A DNA stretch of 64,000 nucleotides from the human T2T-CHM13v2.0 reference genome, Homo sapiens. The notes beneath the pieces are model-generated. The model had not been told where the DNA came from. It saw only the letters and a list, made by a program, of their open reading frames with translations, and did no database searches. Where the stretch lies: NCBI RefSeq assembly GCF_009914755.1, contig NC_060937.1; one strand, given 5' to 3'. The first letter of the stretch is position 1. Each line of letters begins with the position of its first letter. Below, piece after piece: positions 14,807-28,200 of the stretch. The translations under genes were made by a program, and so were the position numbers.

Positions 14807-15208
14807 TTACTTGTGTTAAATTCCCTTTTTCCCAGCAATAACGTACCCAACTTGATAGATTCCAAGCCATATAATTTTTAAATTTTTATTCAAATATTTA
14901 TCTGATTTTAACTTTAACATGAAAAATTTTTATTATATTGTAATTATTCTTCATAAGTTCAGAAAAACCTATAAATTGTCATATAAAGCTTCATAAATCA
15001 AAATTAAAACATGATATATGTATTTATTATTTCCCAAAACAGATATTGCCACCTTTTGCCATCAATTTAAGTAAGAGATCATAGATATAGTGAAATCATG
15101 TTTCTGTAATAATCATGTTTATTTTTCAAGATTCATCCAAAAAATTGAGACTTCTAGGATAATTAGGCTTTAAATGCATTTGCATACTTTAATCATTTTT
15201 ATAAATAG

Positions 15209-15310
15209 TAGATTCCAAGTGCCATGAGAACAGAACATTTTCTGACTTGCCTTTATCTACTTAGCTCCTAGTACAGTAACTGACACTTATGGAGTGCTCA
15301 TTATGCATAA
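15209..15310 (+). mobile_element. L2 3' fragment
   Basis: TAGATTCCAAGTGCCATGAGAACAG...CCTAGTACAGTAACTGACACTTATGGAGTGCTCA. Confidence 0.55.
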
Positions 15311-16176
15311 GCCCATGATGTAATGCTGACTATAGATACAAAAGTCAAAATTTAAGAGGGCAGAATAATCACCATGAAAAAATCTGTTTTTCTTGCTTGA
15401 TATGCTGATGTTTTCAGGTAATTCTGATGCTCTAACTTGAATGGCTGAATTGGCTGGGCTTTCATTGTGTTTCTTTTGGTGATCGTAATTCTTCAGCCTG
15501 CCCACGTTGTTGTTGGTGTTTATGTTAGCCCCAACACCAAACAGTATCCTCCTTACAATGTGAAAGGAATTTCTGGTATAATTCAGAAAAACATAAGGGC
15601 AAGCTTTGACAATGAACCTTTAATCAAATATATTATTTTACTTCCATATCTCTAATGGAATCTATTGCTTGAGATTTGAAGGGTTTTCTTTTTTTGGTGT
15701 TTAATATGTTCCTAATCCATTCTGGAGACTCTAATGTTACCATATTAATTTTCTAGAGTGTGTTACAATATTTTACAATATGAACATGCAAATAACTTTT
15801 CATGTTGACCATGAACAAGTGACTTATTCTAGTATAATATATACATTATTGACTCAATTTGTTGGTGATATCTTGAATATTTTCTTTTCCTGAGGTCATC
15901 TATAATATACTTACACTGTTGTATTAAATAATGCACTCAGATCTATGCATTAGAAAGATGATTCTAAATTGGGCAAAAAGAGTGTGCTTAGAAACTGAAT
16001 AGTCTTAGCAAATATGGGAGTGCCTTGATTCTTAGAAATGGAAGAGTTTGGGTGGCTGATTTGAGTGATGAAGTTGATGTGTATATTTGGGCAAGGGATC
16101 TAGTGTCAGTCACAGGGAGGTTCCTTATTCTTCTCACCTTGGAGCCCCTGAGATGCATCTAGTAAGTACCTTAAAC

Positions 16177-16393
16177 CAGTGATTCTGAACTTGGTAAAAA
16201 CTGTGCCCCACAAGCAAATACTTTTCAAAGTCTAGAGACATTTTTGGTTGTTTCCTCGGGGAAAGGGTTGGTATTGATATCCAGCAGTAGAGGCCAAGGA
16301 TATGTTAAATATCTTACAATACCCAGGACAGATCAGCACAACAAAGAATTAGCCAAAAATATCAGTAGTGACGGATGCTATTTAGAAACCCTG
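16177..16393 (+). mobile_element. MER20 (hAT-Charlie) DNA transposon
   Basis: CAGTGATTCTGAAC...GAGACATTTTTGGTTG...GTAGAGGCCAAGGAT...CACAACAAAGAATTA...GAAACCCTG follows the recalled MER20 consensus. Confidence 0.88.
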
Positions 16394-17369
16394 TCTTAGA
16401 TTGAGAAAACACTGAACACCAGTGATATGGTTCTAACTGTCTAAGGAAATAACCCTTTTTCTATAAAATCCCCTTTTATAGTTACACATTTTAGAGGACC
16501 ATTTTACTCACTAAATATATTTATTGTGGTCAAATGAAACATGCTACTGCATATCTTCCACCCAGGTCCCTCTTCTCCTACAAAAGGAAAACCACATAAA
16601 AGTAAGTAAATTGAAAAGCAAATGGGCATATTGTAGATACACTTTTATCTACACTACCTAGTGTTTACTGTTTTTATTTGTTATTGAGAGGTAGTAAAAC
16701 TCAAAGAGATCAAGTTATCTCCCGTAAGTCACAAATTAGTAGAATTCAAACTAAGAGCTTATATTTTGTGCCTAGTAAGCTTTTTAATTCTGTAGGTGGA
16801 ATAACTTTTTCATGTGACAGATTTTCAGGTGCTTAATTTTTTTCAATCTCAATCTATCCCACACATCTTTTACAAACTATTTCAGATTCAGTTATGTATA
16901 TATAGCAATTATTGTTGCAACAAATGCCAAGCAGATAAATGAATGAATAGAATTATTTTGGGAGTTGAAATATACCTCACTGAACATCTCTTTTATTTAC
17001 TTTTAAATGCTTACACAAAAAATAGCTTATATATTGTCCATACAACAATCTACTCTACTGCTTCTGGATGATGGGTGCATTTCTTCATGCAGTAATTCTG
17101 CAGTGCAGGGAAATAAGTGGAAAAGGCACAATCACTTCTGAAGTTTTTATTCTGATACACATCACTTCCATTTACCTCTGCAGTGGCAATTAGTACATGA
17201 CCACATTTAGATAAGAATCGGGTCAAGAAAGTGGTTACTGGGAGAGCAGCTTGCACTTTTCAATGTCAAATGCACGCTATGGAACTTGAAGTACAGACTT
17301 TTGGTGGAAAGGGTAGCAGAGGAAAAAGAAAAAGAATTTATAATGAAATGTCTACCATTTCTTCAGTAT

Positions 17370-17560
17370 TTCCAATATGTCAGACATAATGTTATACATG
17401 TTTTTCATATATTATTTATACATTGTTTTATGAAATGGGAATCGTTGTCTTTATTCTGCAGGAAACAAATTGGAAGCTTTTTGGAATGAATCATCTTATC
17501 TAAAGGCTCACAGCTACGTGACAGTAATGTTGAGATTTGCCATGTTCTAGTGACCCTGTA
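17370..17560 (-). mobile_element. MIR SINE fragment
   Basis: Degenerate MIR core (TTCTGCAGGAAACAAATTGGAAGCT...TCTTATCTAAAGGCTCACAGCTA). Confidence 0.5.
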
Positions 17561-17821
17561 ATTGTTATAAGCAAGAATTTAGGGTGGATGACCTATAATT
17601 CAACTTCTGATTCTAAATTTTATTTTCTTTCTTGTTTTTGATTTCATATGCTTGATTCTACACATATTTATGCACCTTTCTGTGCTTAATGTATTACTGC
17701 CAATACACGCCTAAGCTTTTAAATGGTGTGAATCAATATAGGCTCTTTGAATGCGGTTTCATATTTGAGTGTTATTTTGACAGCCATTTTAACTAAAATC
17801 CTGTAAAATAAAAATGTTTTC

Positions 17822-17962
17822 TCTTATTTTCTTTTCTTCTTTTTTTTTTTTCTTTTGAGACAGAGTTTTGCTCTGTCACCAAGGCTGGAGTGCAGTGGTG
17901 CGATCTTGGCTCACTGCAACCTCCGCCTTCTGGGTTCACTCAGTTCTCCTCTTCAGCCGAGT
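17822..17962 (-). mobile_element. Truncated Alu (3' part of right arm)
   Basis: Poly-T, then GAGACAGAGTTTTGCTCTGTCACCAAGGCTGGAGTGCAGTGG...CTCCTCTTCAGCC. Confidence 0.9.
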
Positions 17963-18650
17963 CTCCACTAATATCATCCTGCCTGGGAAGAGTAGGAATG
18001 CTTTGTTACTATTTCCCAATGGCCTCTACTGATATTATAGGGAGTACAGTGGCCTCATTACCTCTGGACAATGGTGAAAGTACTGTCTCCACTACATTTC
18101 TTTTGACAAGACTTTAGCAGAGAGGGGAACAATGGCCTGTCGATGCTGGGTGGTGTTGGGAATCTCTACACCAACCCATGAGGTATCCTTTTACACTGTG
18201 GTGGCGTGGTGGAGTTGGTGGTTGTGGTGTAGGGGCTCTTTACTCTCTAGCAGGAATAAAGGTTGGTTTTCCACCTAGCATCCTCGGACACCAAGAGTGC
18301 TGAGGCTGGTGGCTGAACCAACTCATTACAACCTGGTAAGAGTGGAGATCTAGGACTTCCACTGACTTTTCCTAGTGATATGTTATTGTTTAATATTTTC
18401 TGTTTTGGTAGGCTGATCCTTTTCTGGTTCTTAGGTAGAGAGAGCTGGCTCTTTTTTTCTGCCTGTACTCATTGGTCATCCCGGTTTTCTGGCTTTTCCA
18501 GCATTCAATCTGGGATAAGTGATGCAAAAACAAAACCCAAATAACTCACTGCCAAGTCATCCTTCATGCCACAGTGTCCTTTGGCAGGTTATCATTTCTT
18601 CAGACTTCAGGGTTGTCTTATGTTTGTTTTATACATAAAGTCCCCACCTT
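17963..18650 (-). mobile_element. L1MC/L1MD-type 5' UTR fragment
   Basis: Repeated CTCCACT.../CTCATTAC motifs and TCTGGGATAAGTGATGCAAAAACAAAACCC...CTTATGTTTGTTTTATAC, typical of old L1M 5' ends. Confidence 0.65.
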
Positions 18651-18814
18651 TCTGAGAGCTGGTCGGTCAACTCACATTTTTAAAGTTCCAAATAATATTA
18701 TAAGATGTTGAACTTCTGTATTAAAAAGAAAATTCATATAAAAATATGATTCAGTGGATGGCATATAATCAGTGCACAGTGCCTTTTAGAAATCATAAGA
18801 CCCATGTGTGTCTA

Positions 18815-19160
18815 TACATGTGCACAAGTACACACACACATGCACAAGTACACACACACTTCCACAAAATAAACACACACGTGCATGAGTACACACACAC
18901 GCATGAGTACACACACGCATGAGTACACACACGCATGAGCACACACATACACACTTCCACAAAATACACACATACGCGTGCATGAGTACCTACACTTCCA
19001 CAAAATACACACGTACACGTGCATGAGTACATACACACTTCCACAAAATGCACACATACACATGCACGAGTACATACACGTGCAGCACGAGTACACACAC
19101 ACACACACGAGTACACACATACACATGCACGAGTACACACACACACAAGCTTCCACAAAA
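18815..19160. repeat. Complex CA-rich minisatellite (GCAYRAGTAC(AC)n units with CTTCCACAAAA anchors)
   Basis: About a dozen GCATGAGTAC/GCACGAGTAC/GCACAAGTAC units; CTTCCACAAAA at 18859, 18954, 18995, 19038, 19150. Confidence 0.9.
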
Positions 19161-20971
19161 CACCTGGGCCTTTAGTGGCTGAGGGCTTTTTAAAGAACTG
19201 GTATCTGGAGCAAATTCTCAGAATTGCCAAATTCATTGCTAATGAAATGCAACCCCAGTGCAACAGCTCTTTGAGAATTGCATAAATGCCTACCAAAGGT
19301 AGGCATTTATTTTTTACAATAAGTAAGTCTTTTTAAAATTGTTTCAGCATCCAATTAGTATATGCCTTGGATTCCATAATATCCTCAGATTATAAAATAG
19401 TAAAAAATATTTTTATATGTGTATGTTTAAAAAAAGGTTTCACCTAAAAAGTTTAGTTTAATGGCTTTATGTAGATATGAACAGAATTTTGGGGAGTTCG
19501 ACTATATAAGGAAGAGGGAAATAAGAGGAAATCTAATATTATCCCATCTCCTAGGACAGAAACAAAACGTAACGTGCCTGTTTTTTATTCAATATTTGTG
19601 TTTGAATGGTACTTAAAAAAAGAAAAACAACACAGGATAACCAAATTCAAATATTTTATGCTTCTAATCATCCTCAATCTCTGGGGTGGTGGGGGAGCAG
19701 TTTATGTCATTATATATTTAAGTGAAGTTTAAGAAAAAAGCTCAAATTCTGAAGAATTCAAAAGATGTCATTAAAAATACGTAACTAGAAATCAAGATTT
19801 TCAAATTCTTCAGTATTTTTAATAGGTCCTTTTTTCTATGATATGGGTTTTTATAATTAGTTATAATCATAAATAATCACTAAGAATTCAGGATATTTTT
19901 CAATAGTATATGCCAATAAATATAAAAGTACATTTCTATAACAAAATCATTTTTATGAAAATAATTCCTTGTTTGAAACCCAACACAAAAACTAAAGGAT
20001 GCAGAGCAAACTTTGATGCTTAAACTTAAAATCATGAATATGGTAGAAGGCACACTAACGGTTTCATTAGTATCTTCCTAAATATTGTTAGATTCTTTGG
20101 TACTTAATCAATAATAAAATATTGGTGTATGTTCGATATTGTTTCTACTGAAAGAGAATTAAGAAACACATTACATTGGAAACACATTAATTTTACTAAA
20201 ATATACATATATGCTAATAAAATCAAGTGCCTTTTTAAGGATATGTGTTGTTATTTATTATTGCCTTATACTCTCCAATTAATATTTCCTTCAAGTTATT
20301 ACATACACATACTCTCTCTCTATATATATTAAGCTCTATATATTATAGCTTAATATATAAGTATGCATAAGTATATAAGCATACTTATAAATATTCATAT
20401 TTCTGAACGTTTTACTATTATCTGTCTATAAATAAGTTCCAGAAATATTGGTCTTTAATATAGAAGACACAGCTTATGTACGTGATTGTAACAGATTATT
20501 GAATATTGCATAGGTGTATGTGAATGTGTGTGTGTATATAATTTGAAGGAAAATAATCCAAATCTTACTTCTTTTTTGCTACATCTTACATGACTACAAA
20601 ATATGAACCTAAAGTAAGAGAACAAATTCATGCAGAATATAATATGAATCTCTGTTGCTCATGTTTCTCTGTGTCTAAGTGGTGATTCAGCTGTGAACAG
20701 GCTGGTCTAAAATGTCCACTAGAGACTTTTCAGTGTTAAAATGGAGAGCTAATTATATCACTATGATGCATGTTTCTGGCCAATAAAATGTTTTAGGTTT
20801 ATGTGGGATCAATAATAACCAAAATAAATTTGTATAGATAAAAGAGATGGCATTTGGTGGGACATTCCTTGGACTCTAAACAAAAATGAAAGAATAGAAC
20901 TGTACTTTTTCGTTTTCTTTTGGCATTCACTTTATTTCATGTATAGTGGCTAATTTTGCTACTTTGAATAA

Positions 20972-21481
20972 TTCATTAGTTTTCTATTTGGTGTGATAAC
21001 AAATTGCCACTAACATGGTGGCTTAAAACAACAAATTATTATCTTATAATTCTGGAGATTGGAAGTTTGATATGAGTATCTCTGAGCTAAAATCAAGTTA
21101 TTGGTAGGGCTATGTTTATTTCCAGAGGCTCTAGAGAAGAATTCATTTCTTTGCCTTTTCCATCTTCTAGAGACCACTCATATTCCTTGTCTCATAGTCT
21201 GCTTTCTTCATTTTCAAAACCAGCAACATTGCATTTCTCTGAGCCTTCTTTCATAGTCCTATTTCTTTCTTTGACTCTGCTCTGTCTCTCTTCTACTTTT
21301 AAGAAAGCTTGTAATTTCACCAGCTGTAAAATCCTATTTAATCTCCCTATTTTAAACTCAGCTGATTACCAAGCTTAATTCCATCTGCAACTTTTATCCT
21401 TAATCTACATAACCTACCACATTCACAGACCTGGGGATTAGGAAGGAGACATCTCTAGGAACCATTATTCTGCTTAATGCA
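20972..21481 (-). mobile_element. MLT1D-type (ERVL-MaLR) solo LTR
   Basis: GGTGGCTTAAAACAACAAATT...GAGCTAAAATCAAG...TCAGCTGATTACCAAGCTTAATTCCATCTGCAAC...GGGGATTAGG...CCATTATTCTGC. Confidence 0.85.
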
Positions 21482-21518
21482 AGGAATTTTTAAGTTTGTT
21501 GTTAAGAGACAAATTAAT

Positions 21519-22210
21519 CTATAGCTGTTACACCAATTTACATTCTCACCAACAGTGTGCAACAGTTTCAGGCTTTCTACCTCCTCACCAACACTTGTCT
21601 ATTTTTTTTTCATCATAGCCATCTAACAGGTGTGAAATGATATCTCATTGTGGTTTTTGGTTTCTCTGATGATTAGTGACACTGAGCATTCTATTCATAT
21701 ACCTGAGCATTCTATTTATATACCTGTTGGCCATTTGTATATTTTCTTTGGAGAAATGTGTGTTCAAATCCTTAGTCCAATTTTTTATTAGTTTATTCTT
21801 TTTTTTTTTTTTTTACTATTATGAACTTCTCATAGAATTTGAAGATTAACTCCTTAACAAATATATGGCTTGCAAATATTGTCACCCATTCTGTAGATTG
21901 CCTTTTCACTCTGTTAATTGCTTCCTCTACTGTAAAGAAGATTTTTAATTTGTTACAATCCTACTTGTGTATTTTTGTTTCTGTTGCCTATGTTTTTGGT
22001 ATCATATTCGTGAAATCATTGCCAAGACCGATGGCATGAAGATTTTCTCCTAGCAATTTTACAGTTTTAGGTCATACGTTTAAGTCTTTAATGCATTTTG
22101 AGTTGATTTTTGTGTACGCCGTAAAATAAGGGTCTAATTTCATTCTTTTGCATGTTGGTATCCAGTTTTCAACACCATTTGTTGAAGAAACTATTTTCTC
22201 CTAAATTGTG
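21519..22210 (-). mobile_element. L1 (L1MA/MB) ORF2 3' segment; inverted 5' part of a twin-primed insertion
   Basis: Antisense L1: CCAATTTACATTCTCACCAACAGTG...GATATCTCATTGTGG...CATTTGTTGAAGA. Confidence 0.9.
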
Positions 22211-22765
22211 TAAAACTACCATATGATCCAGAAATTCCACTTCTAAGGATTTATTCAACAGGATTTATTCAAAAGAATTGAAATTAGGATCTTGAAGAGA
22301 TATTACCAGCATTGTTCATAATAGCTATGATTTGGAAACAAATAAATCCCCATCAACAGATGAACAGATAAAGAAAGTATGGTATATACATGAAATGGGA
22401 TACTATTCAGCATTTAAAAAGGAAATTCTACAATACGTGACAACATGGATGAGCCTAGAGGACATTATGCTAAATAATAGAAGCCAGTCACAGAAAGACA
22501 AATCCTGTGTGATTCCACTTATATGAGATATCTAAGTAGTCAAAAGCATGGGGTGAAAGAGTAGAATGATGATGGCCAGGCCAGGTGCAGGGAACTGGGA
22601 AGGTTCTAATCAGTGGGTATAAACTTTCAGTCAGGCAGGATGAATAAGCTCTACAGATTTGCTGTATAACATTGCACCTGTGGTCAACAATAATGCGTTG
22701 TCCACTTAAACTTTTGTTAAGAGGCTAGATCATATTAAGTGTTCTTTCCAAAATAAAATAAAAAT
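22211..22765 (+). mobile_element. L1 (L1MA10/L1MB-type) 3' end with A tail
   Basis: AACTACCATATGATCCAG...GGACATTATGCTAAAT...GATGAATAAGCTCTACAGATTTGCTGTATAAC...AAAATAAAATAAAAA. Confidence 0.9.
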
Positions 22766-23002
22766 CCTACTTACAGCTATTTTCATAAGAATATCAGTTA
22801 TAATTCTACTTCTGTCAATAGCCTAACAATAGGCTTTATCCATTTATCTATCTGGGTTTTAATATTTATAGTATAGTTTGTATAAATCCATATAAACAGA
22901 TCCAAAATGAGAAATGTTCATCTATGCCAATCCATTTAGAAATTTCAGATTTTCCCTTTCTCTTTTTAAGCTACATCCACCATTCCAATAATAATCATTT
23001 AG

Positions 23003-23416
<414 letters not shown>

Positions 23417-23564
23417 CAGAAATCTTTTGATTGTATAGCAGTTGTGGGGGAGATTCTTGAAGCCGGTTTTAGTCTATAGGATTAGACTACTAAAAGTAAA
23501 AATAACATATGAATAGACTGGGAATAGTTTAAAAGGGTGAAGCCTAAACAGGTGTTGGCTTCCT

Positions 23565-23680
23565 TTGCTTGTAAGTACCTCAAAGACATAGACTGTCTTA
23601 TTCATCTCTGTATGCCTGTGAAATTACATTGAGTCAGGTACATGGTGGATCTTAATAATTGTGTGTTTAATAAATAAAAG
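23565..23680 (+). mobile_element. L2 3' fragment
   Basis: GACTGTCTTATTCATCTCTGTATGCC...GGTACATGGTGGATCTTAATAA. Confidence 0.55.
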
Positions 23681-24779
23681 CATATATTAAAATATTTGAA
23701 TACATTTTAATAAAAAATTAAATAATAAAATATTAGGACCTGTAGTTACTTTTAAAGGTAAAAGAGTGCTTAGGTTATATCTTTTAATATCTACTACTTT
23801 TACAACTAAAACTCCTAGAATTTTCAAAATCAGCCCCAAATATAAAATAACTTTAATCTGTAAGTGGGAGATAATCATTTTAATTGTTAGCATTCCTTTA
23901 TAGAATGTTGTAAAATAACATCCTTGATATAAATAAGGGGAAATGAGGTCTTAAAAATAAGCGTATGATATTAAATAATAATTACTCAAATATTTGTTAA
24001 TTATTAAACAAATTAAGAAAGAGGAATGCTCTGTTTCAATTAATTTTTAATTTAGTGCTTCTTTATACAGAGTATAACACTATATTTTCCTAAGATACTG
24101 TTCTGTGTGTTTATAGAATGTTAATATTACGATTAATAAAATATTTGACTCTGTTTCACTTACTTTAAACTCTCTCAGTGCCTATTATAATATCTAACAG
24201 CATCTCAGAAATGTTTTAGAATAAACAAAGTGATGACAGTGTTAAGTTTTCCAAGAAATTTTCATGTGTCTGCACATTACATGGATATATTTCTTTCTCA
24301 GTTTCCTCTATTTACTTGAGACTTCTAGTTAGGATCTGGTCAATTTTTTTTATGTTGTCTCAAATCAAATTACATCATGAACAATTGGAAGACGTCATAA
24401 ATCAAACAGAAGTTAAGCAAAAGGATCCTAAAAATAATTTTTCCAAGTAAAATTTTTATTTGTTCATACTACATGTACCTTTCCTCATCTGTCAAGAAAA
24501 ATTAATGCTATATATACAAAATTGCTTAAAAAGTAATGGTCAAATTTGTGTTCACTAGGTGTATTAAGGAATATCATGGTTCATTAAATGAACTTGAACA
24601 TTTTATACCAGAAATGAATAAAACTGTCATTTGCTGTTATTCTCAGCAAATGAGAAGTACTTACATTTTATTATGATTTTGGAGTTATTCAGCTAAGATT
24701 GAGATTCCATACTTGGTGTGTCTGTGATATTTTAATTGAAACTTAGATCTTTTTGTCCTTAAAAATCCTCCTTTGCTGA

Positions 24780-24781
<2 letters not shown>

Positions 24782-24823
<42 letters not shown>
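24782..24823. repeat. (AC)21 microsatellite
   Basis: Perfect AC run. Confidence 0.98.
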
Positions 24824-24826
<3 letters not shown>

Positions 24827-25004
24827 CTTATAAATTTATTTTAGTCAAGTTTATTTATCAATAGAAATATATTTTTGTATTGATCTATTTAGTATCCTCA
24901 AACCATTTTAGTCAGTCTTGGGAAATAACCTACATTTTACATGGAGCCTTTCAAAATTATTCCCAAGACTTGTTTACATAGAATTCACTCAATAAGTAGA
25001 ATCA

Positions 25005-25235
25005 AGTCACTTATTGACAATAAGTTCCAGGTACTTTGTGAATTGTTTTAAAAATTAAGTTGATTTAATTCCCATAGACATCCTATGAGGTGACATTATT
25101 GTACCCATTTCACAAATGAAAAACATGGCTTAAGAAAGTGAAATGATTTACACAGGATTATATGTGTCTTAAACTGTAGGGCCAGAATTTAAGGCTATAT
25201 TCTGAGGCCCAGGCCCATAAGCCTCAATTATGGTG
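25005..25235 (-). mobile_element. MIR SINE
   Basis: CCTATGAGGTGACATTATTGTACCCATTTCACAAATGAAAAACATGGCTTAAGAAAGTGAAATGATTTACACAGG (antisense MIR core). Confidence 0.75.
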
Positions 25236-28200
25236 CCTAATATATTAATGAATCAATATTTAATTTCAGAAAGAGGGCTATGCTTTCTTCTTTGATTTGG
25301 TTGCACAGTCCTGTGAATCCATCCATTTTCACTCATATTACCCCCTAGACATCTTGTAGGAAACTTTTCTTTTTGTTTTATATATTTTCAGTTTTTAAAC
25401 ACTGTATTGGCACTGCTGTTCTGTTTGGATCCAGAAATCCATTAATGATTTCTAGTTCTCTAATCTGTGATAATTTACTGCCAATGGAAATACAGTTATT
25501 CATGGTTTCATTGCGGTCATTGTCCAGACCTCTCTCCCTCCATCTCTTAACACATCGGTGGTTCCCCACTTTCCCCTATTTCTTTCCTTTATAAAAGCTT
25601 TTTAACATATCAGCATGATCTGTAATAAACTTTCTTAACATGTAAAACTGTTTCTATTCTTATCTCACATTGTTTAAAATGTCAGCAGCATGCAATACTG
25701 TCATGACTCTCTCTCTGTTTTTAGAGTGGTATATTAAGATTCTTGCCTCAGGTAAAATGTTCCTCTTATTCTTACCTCCAAATAGATGTTTATCTACTTA
25801 AGTACTTTTGAGATGAAACTGTGGAGGCATATTTCAAATGACCAAACACATACTTATTGGTGCTTTTTATTCCCCTCTTACCTCAAAAGATTTAATCTGC
25901 TGTAATACACATAAATCATACATGTATTGCATTAGAAAAGAACCTAATACTTTTATATATTTTATGGCTATGGGTATAAAAATTATAATTGTGAACATTA
26001 GCATTTCATTTTCACAAAGCAGCTGCCAGTTTATGATCCCTTAGGATTTTATTAAATTTGTGAGTAGAGTTGAAAGTCATCATGCTTACTCAGATCTATT
26101 CCCTGTCATCATACATCAAAAACAGCCTTTCTAAAATGAAACCTTCAGTGGCAAAAGTATTTAGGAACTAATCTCTACCCTTTCTTCTGTTACTGTCTTC
26201 ACTTACCATATTTTTGCCTCCCCCTTTCTTTTTGTTTCTTTTTTTCTTTAAGCCCCCTTTTGGCCAGAATATGCCAGAATATGGCTGCTTCACTCTATTC
26301 TTTATTGTTATATTTGATTTTAAGTAAATTCTAGTTAAGATTCTTAACAATTTATAGTTGGACAGCTTTTCCCAAGACTACACAGATCTCAAGAACAAAA
26401 GACAAAGATAAGGCTTTTAAAGTGATTCTTTTTTTCTCTTCTCTTCCACCCCTGATCTCTCCCCCAAAACACTTCTGTGTACACAGAGAAAGACTAAAAA
26501 TTTCAGAAGGAGGAAAGGAACTGTCTAAAATTTAGTTTTCATTAGTTTTCTTCCCTTCACTTCCTCATGCCCAGCTGATGGAGAAAGTCCATCAGCTCAT
26601 AAGCAGATAAGCGGACAAAGTAGTGAGAATTCCATGTCGGAAGTAGTCAGTGAAGCTGTTGCTGGGGTCTGGCTTGCTGCAGGTCATGTAGTGTAAACTA
26701 TGAAATGAAAGTAAGGATCTCAAAGAATTGGCCCAACTGTGTCAGCACTTGCCAGTGCGTGTACAGAAAGAGGGATTTTGTACCCTTTTTGTCCATGAGA
26801 CACTTCCATCGTCTTTGGTGTAGTATATGCAGGTCCATTATAAGTCTTGGTTTTACTTATTATTGTAGATGATTATCTCTTTATATACAACCATAATTCA
26901 ATATGATCCTTGATATTTCTGGTAATGCATAGCTAAACCATTCTTTTTAAAATTATCTGAGGCAGTGGTGTATACATACATTTTCATATGTAACAGAAAA
27001 ATGCTGTAGTAAAGTCAGTTTTTGTGAATGTCTTGATTCTTGGGCTGTTTTGAATCAAAATTGGTGTGAAAAAATAATTTTAAGAAAACTATTGCAATAA
27101 AATACTGGATCCTGGACAGATCTGAATGATCTCTAATTATAAACAGTACTTCCACAGCACTTCCGAGCAGGAGTAGAATTGTAACAAAAATGATTGCTTT
27201 TAAGTAAAGACAAGGGGATCAAAGAACTAAGAATGTTTTTCCAGCATACCTGTCTTTCCTTCTTAAAGTGTTCTAAATCCTTGTTTTTCTAGAGAAGTGT
27301 TACATATTATTGTGGGAACAAAAATTTTATTCAGATATTTTATTCATAACATATGCAAATTATTAATAATGTATAGTTTCTTTACATAAATATTTCTATA
27401 TTTTGCATATTTGATAATATATGTATTAGATTATAAATTCCTAAGTCCAAAACCAGACTGACTATTTTTTTAAAGTAAATTCTAAGCAAAACAGAGTTCT
27501 CAATACTTTTACTAAGGTAAACATAGACCCTACTTAAAGGTATCTTATGAAATAGGGATTTTTTTCTTTTTTCTTTTTTTTTTTTGTACTGAGCTAAGCA
27601 GCAGGCCAAGAAGATATTTAATTGAATCATTAATCATAGAACTTGCAGGATCTGAGTGACTACAGAGCCATGCAAATAATGAGGTCCAGCTACCTTATAA
27701 AAAATTATCCTATTTTATAATTGAATTATATTGATACTTTATTTTTCTTAAGCATACCTACTCCAGTGTTGCCAGTCATAAGATCTAGTGAGAATATGTT
27801 GTTAAAAAAGTCTTTGCTCTTATCAGGATTAATGAAAAATTATTATTGGTGAAAACTGATATTAGTTGGAAACACTGTATTGGTGGCTAGATATATATAG
27901 CTTACCACATTTTCGGAGGTGAAATAGGAAAACTAGCTCTGTGTCCATAACAAAGATTCCTTCTACCAACATGTTTCAAAACTATGAGTCTAAAAATTTC
28001 AGATGGCTAGGTGTCAAGTGATTTGTTTTGATTCCATGGGTATTTAGCAATTTTAACAGAATGTTCTAAGAATTTCATTTAAATATTTATTTGAGTGATC
28101 AGTGCATAGCCTGCCACTATCTTCACAGCTGGATGCAAGCATTGCAGTAACCTAAGCAAAATTGACTAGATTTTACAGTCACCAATGAATTAAATTGTAA

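Noticed and set aside
13981-14819. Cluster of overlapping ORFs
   Set aside because: All lie inside a GC-rich solo LTR; no gag/pol/env similarity seen.
18859-19160. CRISPR-like repeat-spacer appearance
   Set aside because: The anchor is only 11 bp, spacers are repetitive and unequal, the context is primate DNA, and no cas genes are present.
18786-19296. Longest ORFs (167 aa and overlapping Cys/Val- or His/Thr-rich frames)
   Set aside because: Translations of the CA/TG minisatellite; no domain or exon structure.
19282-19316. Rho-independent terminator-like hairpin plus T run
   Set aside because: A bacterial feature that does not apply to mammalian DNA; kept only as an inverted repeat.
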